Source of the DNA: Fibrobacterales bacterium
Lineage (GTDB): Bacteria > Fibrobacterota > Fibrobacteria > Fibrobacterales > JAOPTW01
Assembly: GCA_051532055.1 (NCBI GenBank)
Contig: JAOPTX010000009.1
Coordinates: 1 to 64,000 of the forward strand
Length of the DNA: 64,000 bases
Direction of reading: 5' to 3'
Part shown: positions 28,140-38,185 of the stretch, piece by piece
How the letters are laid out: each line of letters opens with the position of its first letter
Numbering within the stretch: the first letter of the stretch is position 1
Notes under the pieces: model-generated
The model's input: only the letters and a program-made list of their open reading frames with translations
What the model was told of the DNA's origin: nothing
Database searches by the model: none
Translations under genes and position numbers: made by a program

Positions 28140-30032
28140 ATGAAAAATTATGTGAGATACGCTTGTGTCTTTCTGGTACTTCTAGTAAGTGCACTTTTAT
28201 TGGAGTGTACAAATACTGAGATCCTGCAAAAACCCATTACAGTATCTGATAGAACTGATGGTAATGACGATCAGATTACTAATGAAGATTTAATAGAGCT
28301 GATACAGTCCCTCGAAGAATTTGACTCATTAATAGAATACCAAGATGTGGAACTTTCAGAAAATGAGTTGCTATATCTCGATTCTCTCGATAGTATTTTT
28401 AATGTCAAAACAGCCTTTCTTTTGGCCTATAATGACTCATTATTAGAGGAAGCACAAATAGCTATACTCTTTTATCAATCAACTGATGATACTTTACTTC
28501 TTGAACAATATACACAAAAGGTTGAAAAAATATCTTTTGACATAAGGGTCACTAAGGAATTTCAACAAAGAAAAGAGCGACTACCGGTGATTTCAAAAAA
28601 TGTAGGTATTGGAGGCGGGCATTTGCCCGATACTACTCACGATAGCTCGTGGCCTATAGAGCCTCCATCACTTTTTCCATCAAGTAGTAATAACATAGGT
28701 GTGTCAAGTTCAGAATTTAGGGACTTCAATCGAGCGCCAGATTTGGCCCATGGAGATAGTATTCAAAAGATAATTATGGAGGATGCAGGTGTACACTCTA
28801 TGACGCTTATCGCTCATGATATTGAAGGGGATATGTTGTATTGGTCTGTGAATGTGGATAGTACAATATTTAAAATTGATACCAAAGAGAACGATAGCTC
28901 AATGGTCGTTGAGTATTTTGTTTCTAATAATGTTTCGGGTGAATTTGCTTTTAAGGTATATGTATCGGATGGCAATAAACAGGACTCTATAAAAATAATT
29001 GTTAAAGTTCTGGCGGTAAATGATGCGCCACAATATGGTGACTTTTCGGTTGTATCAGGTGACCCTCTTACTTCTCGGGTATTATCGGTTGTGGCTGGCG
29101 GAGTGTGTACTGATACTCTGGATGATGAAAGCAGTATGACATTGCCTTTTACTTATCAGTGGTTTTATACAGAAAATGATGCCGGAAATGAGGGTCGTCT
29201 GATAGGAGATGGGGATTCATTGACTATTGGAGATTCATTAGTTGGCGGGTATATATATAGTGTTGTCTCGTGCATGGATGATAGTAGTGCTGTTGCCTTT
29301 GATAGGAGTGCTCTTGTAGGGCCTATTGAAGACGGTGTAAAGGCGGGTGATGTTCTAAGTTTTGATGCAGCTCATAAGCAGTATGTTGAATTGCCGGATT
29401 ATGAGATAGAGTACAATAAAGGTTTTACCATTGAGGCAATTGTTAAGTGGGATGTTGTTGGGGAAGGCGCACGTATTATTGAGATTGGAAATGATTCAGT
29501 AAATAATGTATCTGCAGAGAATATTGTATTAAAGGTTGAAAAGCCTAATCGGTTGGTATTTTTACACAGTGACTCACCAGGTTCGTGGAGCACTATCTAT
29601 GCCGATGGTGTTATTCAGACAGGAGAATGGATACATGTGGCGGTGACTGTCAATGGTGAAGGTGTTGCACGTTTATACAGGAATGGTCAGTTGCAGGAAG
29701 TTAATGGTGGGGGTATTACTGAGTTTCAATTAAAGCCTATTATAAATCACCGAAGAACAAGTAACTATATAGGGAAAAGTACCTGGGATAAAGAAAATTC
29801 TTATTTTGATGGTCGAATTGATGAAATTCGTATTTGGCAAATCCGAAGAAGCTCAGCACAAATTCAAAATAATTGGAGTAAGGATTTTGTCGATTTTGAA
29901 GAAACTGATGGTATTTATGCTGTTTATGATTTTAATCAAGAATCAGGGTCGGCCTTGATTGATATTGTTGAGGGTAAAGACGGACAGCTCATTAATTATG
30001 TGAGCCCTCAATGGGGCTTAAAGCTTCCTTAA
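28140..30032 (+). CDS. Surface lipoprotein with cadherin/Ig-like repeat and LamG domain; shorter paralog of 10754-14257
   Basis: LLLE-C; NRAP/NDAP; CTDTLD...WF...C.D module; FTIEAIVKW...WIHVAV...FDGRIDEIRIW. Confidence 0.75.
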   Translation: MKNYVRYACVFLVLLVSALLLECTNTEILQKPITVSDRTDGNDDQITNEDLIELIQSLEEFDSLIEYQDVELSENELLYLDSLDSIFNVKTAFLLAYNDSLLEEAQIAILFYQSTDDTLLLEQYTQKVEKISFDIRVTKEFQQRKERLPVISKNVGIGGGHLPDTTHDSSWPIEPPSLFPSSSNNIGVSSSEFRDFNRAPDLAHGDSIQKIIMEDAGVHSMTLIAHDIEGDMLYWSVNVDSTIFKIDTKENDSSMVVEYFVSNNVSGEFAFKVYVSDGNKQDSIKIIVKVLAVNDAPQYGDFSVVSGDPLTSRVLSVVAGGVCTDTLDDESSMTLPFTYQWFYTENDAGNEGRLIGDGDSLTIGDSLVGGYIYSVVSCMDDSSAVAFDRSALVGPIEDGVKAGDVLSFDAAHKQYVELPDYEIEYNKGFTIEAIVKWDVVGEGARIIEIGNDSVNNVSAENIVLKVEKPNRLVFLHSDSPGSWSTIYADGVIQTGEWIHVAVTVNGEGVARLYRNGQLQEVNGGGITEFQLKPIINHRRTSNYIGKSTWDKENSYFDGRIDEIRIWQIRRSSAQIQNNWSKDFVDFEETDGIYAVYDFNQESGSALIDIVEGKDGQLINYVSPQWGLKLP

Positions 30033-30080
30033 TAATTTTTTTATTCACTTCTTGAGATGTGCCTATGAAGATTAAAAGTA

Positions 30081-31907
30081 TTACTTCAGAGCCTGAATAG
30101 ATGTAGTTGATTCTGTAGGGAAGTTGTCTGGCTTGGTATAGGTTACAGTGGCGGTCGCAGCCCACTCAGTCCCTCTTATAAATGACGTTTGAAGTCCGAC
30201 ACAATCCATCACAATACTTGTAGTACTGTTGTCCCCAATATGGCCGTAGTTGCCGTTGTAGATGCGTGCTGTTCCATGGGATACTATCCAGTCAAAAGGG
30301 GCTAATTGTTTGCTGGTGGTGTCTTGAGCAAGAGAGAGTATTTCCATGTTGAGGAGAGGGCCCCTGAGATCGCGATCAAGAGTGTCAATGGTGTGAAGCC
30401 ACGTTGGCGGGAGATCTGCAACAATTGGGTGTGTTGAGTGTGTGATGATTTTAGTCGTGCTGGTAAGTTGCTCTGAAGGTTGGCTTGTGTTGGTTGGGAG
30501 TGTATCAAAAGATAGGTCCTGATTAATACTTATGCCAGGAAATGACCCAATAGGGTTTTTACCGAGCCCCATAATTTCTTGCATAACTGTCCATTGGCCG
30601 TGAACATTTCTTCCTGACTGAGGTATTACCACACCGCCACCATTGGATAGATAGCTTTCAAAAGCACTTTGCATAGATTGAGACCAAGGGTTTGTAAGGT
30701 TGTTTGTGCTCCAGTTACTCGCAAAATTTAAAATAACAACATCATAAGTATTAAAGGGGATTGACCAACTATCCCATATTGATGCAGTTACCCCCGGAAT
30801 AGGTGAGGTCGCTACGTCAATAGTAAAGCGTTTGGTTGATTCGAGAATGAGTTTGTAGTAATCGGTAGTCAGTTCCCAATTGTGATCATTAATGCCGTCT
30901 ATTATAACTGCTTTTATCAGAAAAGGTATTGAAACCTCAAGTTTGTTTCGCCCATCAGTAATCAGAGATGATCGAATGACGGTGTCTCGTGTTGGATTGC
31001 TACTCACGGCAGTTAGGGTAAGGGTGTCATGGGGGAGGTTGCTAAAGGTGTATCGTTGTCCATTTGAGACTTGTTGTTGTAATCCATTACTCAAGCTAAT
31101 GGTAATTAATTCTGAATCAGATTGTGGGGCAGATACAATGCCTGTAATTACACTCAGGGAGTCGGGCGTAGGAATTACCGGAGCTATTGTATCTTCTCCT
31201 GAATTCGGCTCGTCTTGTATTGTGTCTGTTGGGTTTAAAGAAAGTGATTGAAAGTACAATGTGGCTGTAGTAATGCTGTCGGCATACACAGTGATATTTG
31301 AGGTGTCTTTAGGGTTGGTACCTATGGTGGGACTTGTCATCCGTATAGTGTATGTACCAAAGGGCAGATTCATAAAAGTGAAAGTGTTAAAGGCTGTGTC
31401 TACAGTGGTAGAATACTGTGTGCCAAGGAGTTGTATTGTTAATGGTACCTTGGGGGAGTCAATAAATGAAATCATGCCAAGGAGTGATCCTGTTGGGCGC
31501 GTGAGGAGTGACTGTGTTAGAGTGATAGGGCTTTGGTCGGGTTTGTGTAAGGTGTGCTGTACCGCGAAGCTATCTGATGTGGTGGCTACAATAAGGAATG
31601 AGCCAGTGTCGCTGGTATTAAATGAAAATTCACCTCTATCATTAGTAGTGTCAATTAATGGGTAGGTGATGCTTGAAGCTACTTTCGCTGCATTTTGCTG
31701 AGCGCCATTGTATGGGGTAGGTGATAGTGTGACAACTGCAGATACAGCAAGGGTACTATCTGGTAGTGTGATGGTTCCGGCGATACTATTGGGTATTTCG
31801 GTTCCGCCAGCCCCCCCTGCAAGAGAATCAGAAACTGAGCAGTTTAAAAGAGTGAGTACACAGAAGATGGAAATTAAGGAATAGAGAAAAAGTGAATGTT
31901 TAAGCAT
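30081..31907 (-). CDS. Lipoprotein partner of cassette 4 with C-terminal ThuA-like (class I GATase-like) domain
   Basis: Start at ATG 31907 (GGAGGA RBS); lipobox LLN-C; GGTEIPN; IIDG.N.HNW...LRGP..NM...GH...RGTEWAAT...PDNFPT. Confidence 0.75.
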   Translation of the reverse strand: MLKHSLFLYSLISIFCVLTLLNCSVSDSLAGGAGGTEIPNSIAGTITLPDSTLAVSAVVTLSPTPYNGAQQNAAKVASSITYPLIDTTNDRGEFSFNTSDTGSFLIVATTSDSFAVQHTLHKPDQSPITLTQSLLTRPTGSLLGMISFIDSPKVPLTIQLLGTQYSTTVDTAFNTFTFMNLPFGTYTIRMTSPTIGTNPKDTSNITVYADSITTATLYFQSLSLNPTDTIQDEPNSGEDTIAPVIPTPDSLSVITGIVSAPQSDSELITISLSNGLQQQVSNGQRYTFSNLPHDTLTLTAVSSNPTRDTVIRSSLITDGRNKLEVSIPFLIKAVIIDGINDHNWELTTDYYKLILESTKRFTIDVATSPIPGVTASIWDSWSIPFNTYDVVILNFASNWSTNNLTNPWSQSMQSAFESYLSNGGGVVIPQSGRNVHGQWTVMQEIMGLGKNPIGSFPGISINQDLSFDTLPTNTSQPSEQLTSTTKIITHSTHPIVADLPPTWLHTIDTLDRDLRGPLLNMEILSLAQDTTSKQLAPFDWIVSHGTARIYNGNYGHIGDNSTTSIVMDCVGLQTSFIRGTEWAATATVTYTKPDNFPTESTTSIQALK

Positions 31908-32733
31908 CAAATCCTCCATCAAGCTTTTTGGTTAATGGAAAGAGTTGTAGATTGAGTTGGATAACTCTATTGGGGTGTTGTTCTTGGCGTGCTAATTCAA
32001 GAAATTCTTGGCGGAGTTCTGCAAGTTTTTGAGAATAGGTTTCGAGTAATGTATCCGAGCAAGTCAACGTAACCGATGATATATCGCGTTCATTTCGAGA
32101 CACTTTTTCCAGTGCCGTTATGCCAAGTTGCATAAGGGCGTGTTGATGACTTGAGACTGCTATTGAACGCCACTCTTCCCCAAGAGTAATTGTTTGAGGA
32201 AGATGTTTAAATACTCCGTCTTTCCCTTGTGTTATAAAACCAAGGCGGAGGAGTAGAGCGATTGCCTCTTTGGCTTCGGTGGGTGATATTTTTGGAAGTA
32301 AGCTGTGTCCAAGTTCTTTATAGTTGTCGGATACAGGAGTAATGGCAATTATTTCACGAATAGCAGGGATGTACCACTCTTTAAAATAGGCATATTGATC
32401 AGGGGTCACTGTTGTGATGCAACTCCGTTTATGGGATACTATTTTTTTAAAGTATTGAGCTTTTAGATCGTGAGTCTTTGCTTGATCATAGTTTACGAGA
32501 AGTAAAAAATATGCGGCTTCATTTTTGTCATGCTCAAATACTTTCGAAAATTGCTTGGTGAGGGCGGGGGTTATGTTTCTTTTTCCGCTGAGTACCCATG
32601 AAAAAAATCCGGTTGATTTTAGTCCTGCTAATTCAGAAATAGTGGCATGAGTAAAGCGCTTGTCCTTTGACTTGCGTTTAAGGTAGGCGTCTTTTAAATA
32701 GCGCCTATATTGAATGTACTCAAATACTTGCAT
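31900..32733 (-). CDS. TIGR02147/DUF4423-family HTH protein (cassette 4)
   Basis: VFEYIQYRRYLKD, AGLKSTGFFSWVLSGKRN, WYIPAIRE, ERDISSVT and QLNLQLFPL motifs. Confidence 0.87.
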   Translation of the reverse strand: MQVFEYIQYRRYLKDAYLKRKSKDKRFTHATISELAGLKSTGFFSWVLSGKRNITPALTKQFSKVFEHDKNEAAYFLLLVNYDQAKTHDLKAQYFKKIVSHKRSCITTVTPDQYAYFKEWYIPAIREIIAITPVSDNYKELGHSLLPKISPTEAKEAIALLLRLGFITQGKDGVFKHLPQTITLGEEWRSIAVSSHQHALMQLGITALEKVSRNERDISSVTLTCSDTLLETYSQKLAELRQEFLELARQEQHPNRVIQLNLQLFPLTKKLDGGFDA

Positions 32734-33208
32734 AAATCTCCCTACTAAAATATACCTTATAACGAGAAAAAACGGATTGTGAGTTGCAATGATTTAGGGG
32801 GATTTGGTGAGAAAAAAAGACGTCAAAATTGGTTTGTTACTATTTGTAAATAATGGGTTCTTGTAATAAATACAGCAAATTTAGCCAAATACCGTGTTAT
32901 TGGGCATGTGTATCATAAAGTGGTTAATCTGTAGGTTGGTTGTAGAATGGTGACTCATATTATGGTAGCGATAATTAGTGAGTAAATAGGGTGGCACCAG
33001 CGGTATAGCCTTAATGAAATGTGGCGTTTACCAAATCGATACAATACTTCAGTATTGTTGACCATAATAAGAGAGTTATGGGTGAATAGCAGGCCTATTA
33101 AGGTTATTTGGGCCAGTTTTGATGGTATTATTATAATTTAATGAGGATTCAGAGGGGCTTAATTGCAATGCTGAATGTATTAAACATGATGAATAAAGGG
33201 TTTGGTCC

Positions 33209-34792
33209 GTGGTCCAGGTAATGAGTTTTTTAATAGTAGTGTCTTTGTCGTTTGTTGTATTGGGGTGTTGGGGGGATACACCCTCATCAAATAGCAATAG
33301 TGATTCTTTCTCAAGTGAAATGAATAGTCACAGTAGTTCACAAAATATGGAGCCTTCAAGTGAGGTAGTAGTTGATGTATCTTCTGATATTACAGAGCCA
33401 AGTAGTGAGGATAGCTCAGAAGGAACTATTGTGAGCAGTGAAAGTGCGTTGAGTAGCAAAGAAGAAATAGATTCAATATTAGAGGGAAGTGATTGGTCAT
33501 ATTATAAAACAATTGATGGGATGGGTCGAAAGGAACAGACTGAATATGTTTTTGATGACGATACCGTGCGAACCTATGAGTTAGTAATACCCGAAGAGAA
33601 TTTAGCCTACCTCGATGATGCGCCCATGCGAGAGGAGTACGTTACCGGTAGTTTGATCGTTGATGGTGATACTATTTCGCCAGTGGGGATTCGGTATAAA
33701 GGAAACGAGGGCGCTTGGTACGGTTGTGTCGTGGGAGGCCCGTGGGGCGGTGGTATGGGGGATAAACAGTGCCCTCTTAATATGAAGGTTAAAATAAATT
33801 GGGAGGGACGTGATACTACCTTTTTTGGCTTAAAAAAATATCAACTTCATGCAATGAATGCGTATGATTCCGAATTGCGGGAGCGTATTGGGTATTGGTT
33901 TTATCGAGAAATGGGGATTCCAGCTCCTCGAGTTGTACATGTGAAATTAAAGATCAATGGAGAGTACGAGGGTTTGTATGCCCATGTTGAACAGATAGAT
34001 GGCCGATTTACTCGATATAATTTTGAAGATGGAACCGGTAATCTTTATAAAGAGGTATGGCCTTTAAGACATGATAGCACTGCAACGATAATTGGTGATT
34101 ATGAGCGTGCCCTAAAAACGAATGAAGATGAAAATCCATCTGTTGCTTTAATTCTGGGATTTGGGGAGCAGCTTGAAGAGGCGGATACTATTGACGGAGT
34201 AAAAGAGGTTTTGGAAACATATATGGATATTGATGCACTGAACACTATTGCAGCAGTATCATACGTACTTGATGATGATGATGGTCTCTTTCATTGGTAT
34301 GCACATAGTGCAACCACCAAAACTGCAGCGGGTCCACACAACTTTTTTATATACGAAGAGCCAACTACTCAAAAAATACATTTGATTCCTTGGGATAATG
34401 ATTTGGTTCTTGATAAGGTTGCGGTAAAGGATACAATGAATGCCGTTGAAATTTGGGATGACTTTGGCGAAACTTCTCATGGATGTGAGACATTTGGAAA
34501 TGGATGGAATCAGAGATCGGCTGCATGTGATAAGATGATTGCAGCGTGGGCATCGTATACTGAGGGATATACAGAGGCATTACGGATGCTTTATGACGGC
34601 CCTTTTCAGCGTTATGAGTCGGTACTGGATAAATGGACTGACCAGCTTAGGCCGGTGGTTGTTGAAATGGCGGCTGAAGGCGCTAAAGCAATTTCTCTTT
34701 CGGGATGGGAACGAGGTGTTGAAAAATTAAAGTCTGAACTGAAGGACTCGGAGCAATTGCTTCTCGAAAAATTATCGAGTTCTGATCAATAG
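33209..34792 (+). CDS. CotH-family kinase, lipoprotein
   Basis: VVLG-C; Ser-rich linker; GIRYKG, Y.GLY.HVEQID, LYK, HNF..Y and IPWD.DL motifs. Confidence 0.85.
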   Translation: MVQVMSFLIVVSLSFVVLGCWGDTPSSNSNSDSFSSEMNSHSSSQNMEPSSEVVVDVSSDITEPSSEDSSEGTIVSSESALSSKEEIDSILEGSDWSYYKTIDGMGRKEQTEYVFDDDTVRTYELVIPEENLAYLDDAPMREEYVTGSLIVDGDTISPVGIRYKGNEGAWYGCVVGGPWGGGMGDKQCPLNMKVKINWEGRDTTFFGLKKYQLHAMNAYDSELRERIGYWFYREMGIPAPRVVHVKLKINGEYEGLYAHVEQIDGRFTRYNFEDGTGNLYKEVWPLRHDSTATIIGDYERALKTNEDENPSVALILGFGEQLEEADTIDGVKEVLETYMDIDALNTIAAVSYVLDDDDGLFHWYAHSATTKTAAGPHNFFIYEEPTTQKIHLIPWDNDLVLDKVAVKDTMNAVEIWDDFGETSHGCETFGNGWNQRSAACDKMIAAWASYTEGYTEALRMLYDGPFQRYESVLDKWTDQLRPVVVEMAAEGAKAISLSGWERGVEKLKSELKDSEQLLLEKLSSSDQ

Positions 34793-34914
34793 ATAGAGTT
34801 ATACTAAATAAGGGCTCAAGGCTAGTGTAACTTTGTAATCAATACCGTCCTCGGGTATTAAATATTTTGAATTTTCTATTTTCAGAATAGTATTAACAAA
34901 TCAAGAGAATAGAT

Positions 34915-35460
34915 ATGGGCCAGCGATTTACAGAAATTTCTGATGAGCACTCAAAATTTATTAAGGAACAAATGCTGTTCTTTGTTGCGACAGCAATGCA
35001 TGATGGTCGCGTTAATCTTTCACCCAAAGGCATGGATTCATTTAAAGTTCTCGGTTCGAATCGAGTAGTTTGGCTCAATGTGACAGGGAGTGGAAATGAA
35101 ACAGCTACTCATGTACAGCATGACTCTCGTATGACCATAATGTTCACGTCATTTACTCAACAACCACTCATACTGCGACTGTATGGTGCCGCAAAAGTCG
35201 TTCACTCTTATGATGAGGAGTGGAAAGAGTATATTGAATATTTTCCAAAAACAGCGGGGAGTCGTCAAGTATTTGATGTTACCATTGACCTCGTTCAAGC
35301 TTCATGTGGTATGTCAATCCCCTTTTATGAATATCAAAACGAACGAACTTTGTTAACAGAGTGGGCTGAGGGTAAGGGTGAGGATGGCATGAACCAATAT
35401 AGGAATGAAAAGAACCAAGTGAGCCTTGATGGACATGAGACTCATGTAATAAAAAAATAA
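34915..35460 (+). CDS. Pyridoxamine 5'-phosphate oxidase-family FMN-binding protein
   Basis: FFVATA, VNLSPKG, TGSGNET, RMTIMF..F...P.ILRLYG and SCG motifs. Confidence 0.9.
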   Translation: MGQRFTEISDEHSKFIKEQMLFFVATAMHDGRVNLSPKGMDSFKVLGSNRVVWLNVTGSGNETATHVQHDSRMTIMFTSFTQQPLILRLYGAAKVVHSYDEEWKEYIEYFPKTAGSRQVFDVTIDLVQASCGMSIPFYEYQNERTLLTEWAEGKGEDGMNQYRNEKNQVSLDGHETHVIKK

Positions 35461-35488
35461 GTAACCGGTAGGGGTGCCTACCGGTTAC
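35461..35488. terminator. Hairpin between convergent genes
   Basis: GTAACCGGTAGG-GGTG-CCTACCGGTTAC, perfect 12-bp stem. Confidence 0.7.
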
Positions 35489-35498
35489 CGTTACGGTA

Positions 35499-37886
35499 TT
35501 ATCGATTGTTGCTGTTAATTGGATTAGTGTAATCTCTAGAATCAATAATTACTGATTGATAATTCCTAGGGACTGCTGGATTATAAATCTCGATAAGGCC
35601 ACCTTCACCACGTACATATTGTACTCCTGTGAATTGGTACTGGGTATCTACTTCCCATACATCAATAAGTCGACCACTGTTTTGGTTTGTACAACTGTTG
35701 TGACTAAAGCGTACGGGATCAACTTCTTGACCAAGATAGTTTCGTATACGGCTGATAGAAAAACAGTCCTCAATGGTAGAGTCTGGACTGATTGTAATGC
35801 GTTCATAACTTGGAGCTATGGAGTAGGTGAAGTCATTTGAATTTGTTTGTGCGATAGTTCTGTAATTACTGATCAAGGTACACCAACCAAGCATCCATGG
35901 ACTAAAGTAGTGGTTTCCTGGTACAACTTCCCACCATACTTGTTGTTGGTCACCTGCTATACGTGAACCCATGATGATATAGTAGCCATTGAGAGGGTGG
36001 GCCTCTGAGTATCTAAAATCATAGATTTGTATAGAGGTTGTGTTGAAAATGTATGAGTGGCTGAGAGCATTCTGCCACGACTCAGGGAATACCCGTGTTG
36101 TTTCGGGATTTGTGCTTGATGGAATACTCACCATAGAAAAGTTTTTATAGGTGACAGCATTGGCATTCTTCCAAAATTCATTACCTGATTTATTTAGGGT
36201 GAGAGTAGTTTGACTGAGTTCGGTGAGGTCAGAATTCCAATATCCATTGTCCCCTTTAAGAATGAGTGTTTGTGGTTTTGCAAGAGCATCATATTGTTTA
36301 AAACCATCGCTGAGCATTGCTGCATCAAGAGTTGTCCCTAAGAGGTTCACAATGTATTGATTGTATTGTTGGTACAAACCACCTGAAACATTTGAATAAT
36401 CATCAGTGATAAATTGAAGCTCCGTAACAGGTCGACTTTCTCCATCCATGAACACGCTTTTGTCATCATTAAAATAACGGTGTGCTATGTCAGCAGGTTC
36501 GGGAGGTTGGGCCATTATATTAAAGGTGAAGCTCACATCATAATGTCTGTTGGTATATTGTGATTGCATTTTACTCCATACACCACTATTTTTACTTTGC
36601 ATAAATGCAAGGGTTGCCTTGGGGATACGATAATCTGAAAGTGATGCCCATAGTGCAAATCCTGCAGGCTGACCGGCGGTGCTGAAGTGATAGGGGAGTC
36701 TCTCTGCGGAGGTAGGGAGCTCTGGAAAGTAGAGGCTCCCATTGGTGTCATCAAATTGGTATTCACCTGTAAGAGCACCCCAGATATGTGGCATATAGTC
36801 ATTTTGGTAATATCCCAAACGTTCTTTGTATCCAAAGTTTCGACGCATAGGAGCGATGCGTTTATTTTCTAGAGATTGAAAGGCGTATTTTACCGAGAGA
36901 TAGTCGAGCGCATTGAGGGCTGCTGTTTGTATAGTTCTATTCATGGGAGTAGCGGTTGTCTCATCGCTATATGAATAGAGGTTGAGTATTGCGTTGGTGG
37001 TAAAGGCCTCATAGGCTTTTGCATTCGTTTCAAAAAGGCCGTTGTGTACAACACGACCAAGTATTTGTAGGATGAGATCTGAAAGCTCCTCAGAGTTTTC
37101 ATAATGGTTTGGGTCTTGGTTGTAAAGGGTGAGTATCGTTTCGTTGTAAGAAGGGTGTGAACTGTCGAGTGAAGCAACCCAGGTAATATAATTGTTAATA
37201 AGATAGTGCCAACTATAGATGAGAACCATATGATTTTCTGTCTCTGGTTGTTTGACGTCATAATGTATGGGGAGAGGTCCCTGTTGTGTCGGATAGTAAA
37301 AAACATCCTTCAAGTAGACTTGAGTATACGAGAGGTCGTTTCCGGTGTAGGGAAGGTGGAGTGGATCTGTTGTTCCCTGTAAGAGTAATGCACTGACCAT
37401 GCTGGGGGTAAGGATATCGGGGCGGTCCTTAAATGTGTAGAGGAGCGATAGAATACCTTTGAGGATAAAATCATAATCCCCTCCATTGGTACCATCCTGG
37501 GCCACTTTTTGACCCGTTGAGGACGTAGACGTCCCGATGGTGTTGAAGATAGATGCGGTATTGAGGTAGTTAAGCACGCGTTGTTGGTAGGTTGACTTAT
37601 GGAGTTGTAACGCGCTTTCGGGAGGGAGTCCACTGAGAGCTGAGTAATCTCTTGGTGAAAAGTCTTGTGGGTTTGAAAAGAGGTAGAGGCCTGCGGTAAT
37701 TTGCCTCAGGGAATGTTTTGCGTTTTCTGTCCAGGCTTCGAAAACAGGGTCCTGTGCATAATTGTAAATCCAGGTAGAAACAAGGTTCGTGCGTTGTTGT
37801 TCAATAACCTCTTCGGTCGAATGGTGGGGGAGGGCAAAAGAGAAGGAAGCGAGAATTGTTGTTATTATACTTAACCGTTTTATCAT
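35499..37886 (-). CDS. Large secreted hypothetical protein
   Basis: Signal peptide ending SFA; GGAG RBS before ATG 37886; internal GDYDF, ETENH and E.N..Y motifs; family not recognised. Confidence 0.7.
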   Translation of the reverse strand: MIKRLSIITTILASFSFALPHHSTEEVIEQQRTNLVSTWIYNYAQDPVFEAWTENAKHSLRQITAGLYLFSNPQDFSPRDYSALSGLPPESALQLHKSTYQQRVLNYLNTASIFNTIGTSTSSTGQKVAQDGTNGGDYDFILKGILSLLYTFKDRPDILTPSMVSALLLQGTTDPLHLPYTGNDLSYTQVYLKDVFYYPTQQGPLPIHYDVKQPETENHMVLIYSWHYLINNYITWVASLDSSHPSYNETILTLYNQDPNHYENSEELSDLILQILGRVVHNGLFETNAKAYEAFTTNAILNLYSYSDETTATPMNRTIQTAALNALDYLSVKYAFQSLENKRIAPMRRNFGYKERLGYYQNDYMPHIWGALTGEYQFDDTNGSLYFPELPTSAERLPYHFSTAGQPAGFALWASLSDYRIPKATLAFMQSKNSGVWSKMQSQYTNRHYDVSFTFNIMAQPPEPADIAHRYFNDDKSVFMDGESRPVTELQFITDDYSNVSGGLYQQYNQYIVNLLGTTLDAAMLSDGFKQYDALAKPQTLILKGDNGYWNSDLTELSQTTLTLNKSGNEFWKNANAVTYKNFSMVSIPSSTNPETTRVFPESWQNALSHSYIFNTTSIQIYDFRYSEAHPLNGYYIIMGSRIAGDQQQVWWEVVPGNHYFSPWMLGWCTLISNYRTIAQTNSNDFTYSIAPSYERITISPDSTIEDCFSISRIRNYLGQEVDPVRFSHNSCTNQNSGRLIDVWEVDTQYQFTGVQYVRGEGGLIEIYNPAVPRNYQSVIIDSRDYTNPINSNNR

Positions 37887-37918
37887 GGTAATCTCCATGT
37901 TGAATGAATAATATCAAT

Positions 37919-37947
37919 TAGACGTATCGAGGATGAGAGATGTTACC
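37919..37947 (-). promoter_or_regulatory. ECF-sigma-type promoter GGTAAC-N17-CGTCTA
   Basis: Minus strand GGTAAC atctctcatcctcgata CGTCTA, about 30 bp upstream of the 37886 start. Confidence 0.55.
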
Positions 37948-38030
37948 ATAATTATCGAAAAACTAAAAAAAATAAAAATAAGTACGATTGTGCGCACATA
38001 ATCACTACCCAATATCGTTTAATAGCTGTG

Positions 38031-38046
38031 AATGACACTGGTCATT
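38031..38046. promoter_or_regulatory. Palindromic operator AATGAC-N4-GTCATT (TetR-like)
   Basis: Perfect 6-bp arms upstream of the activator-like gene. Confidence 0.45.
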
Positions 38047-38185
38047 TTTACAAATTGATGCTTGGATTCAATGTACTATCGTGTAATCGAAGTCCGTGAG
38101 CCTCATTTGAGGCGGTATATGGAATTACAACTTTGAAATAGCTATATTGTCTTTTTTCGCAGACTCTTAAAGGATTAGGTATTAT

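Noticed and set aside
32990..33060. GC-richer intergenic stretch that superficially resembles a tRNA
   Set aside because: No TTC loop or acceptor stem could be formed.
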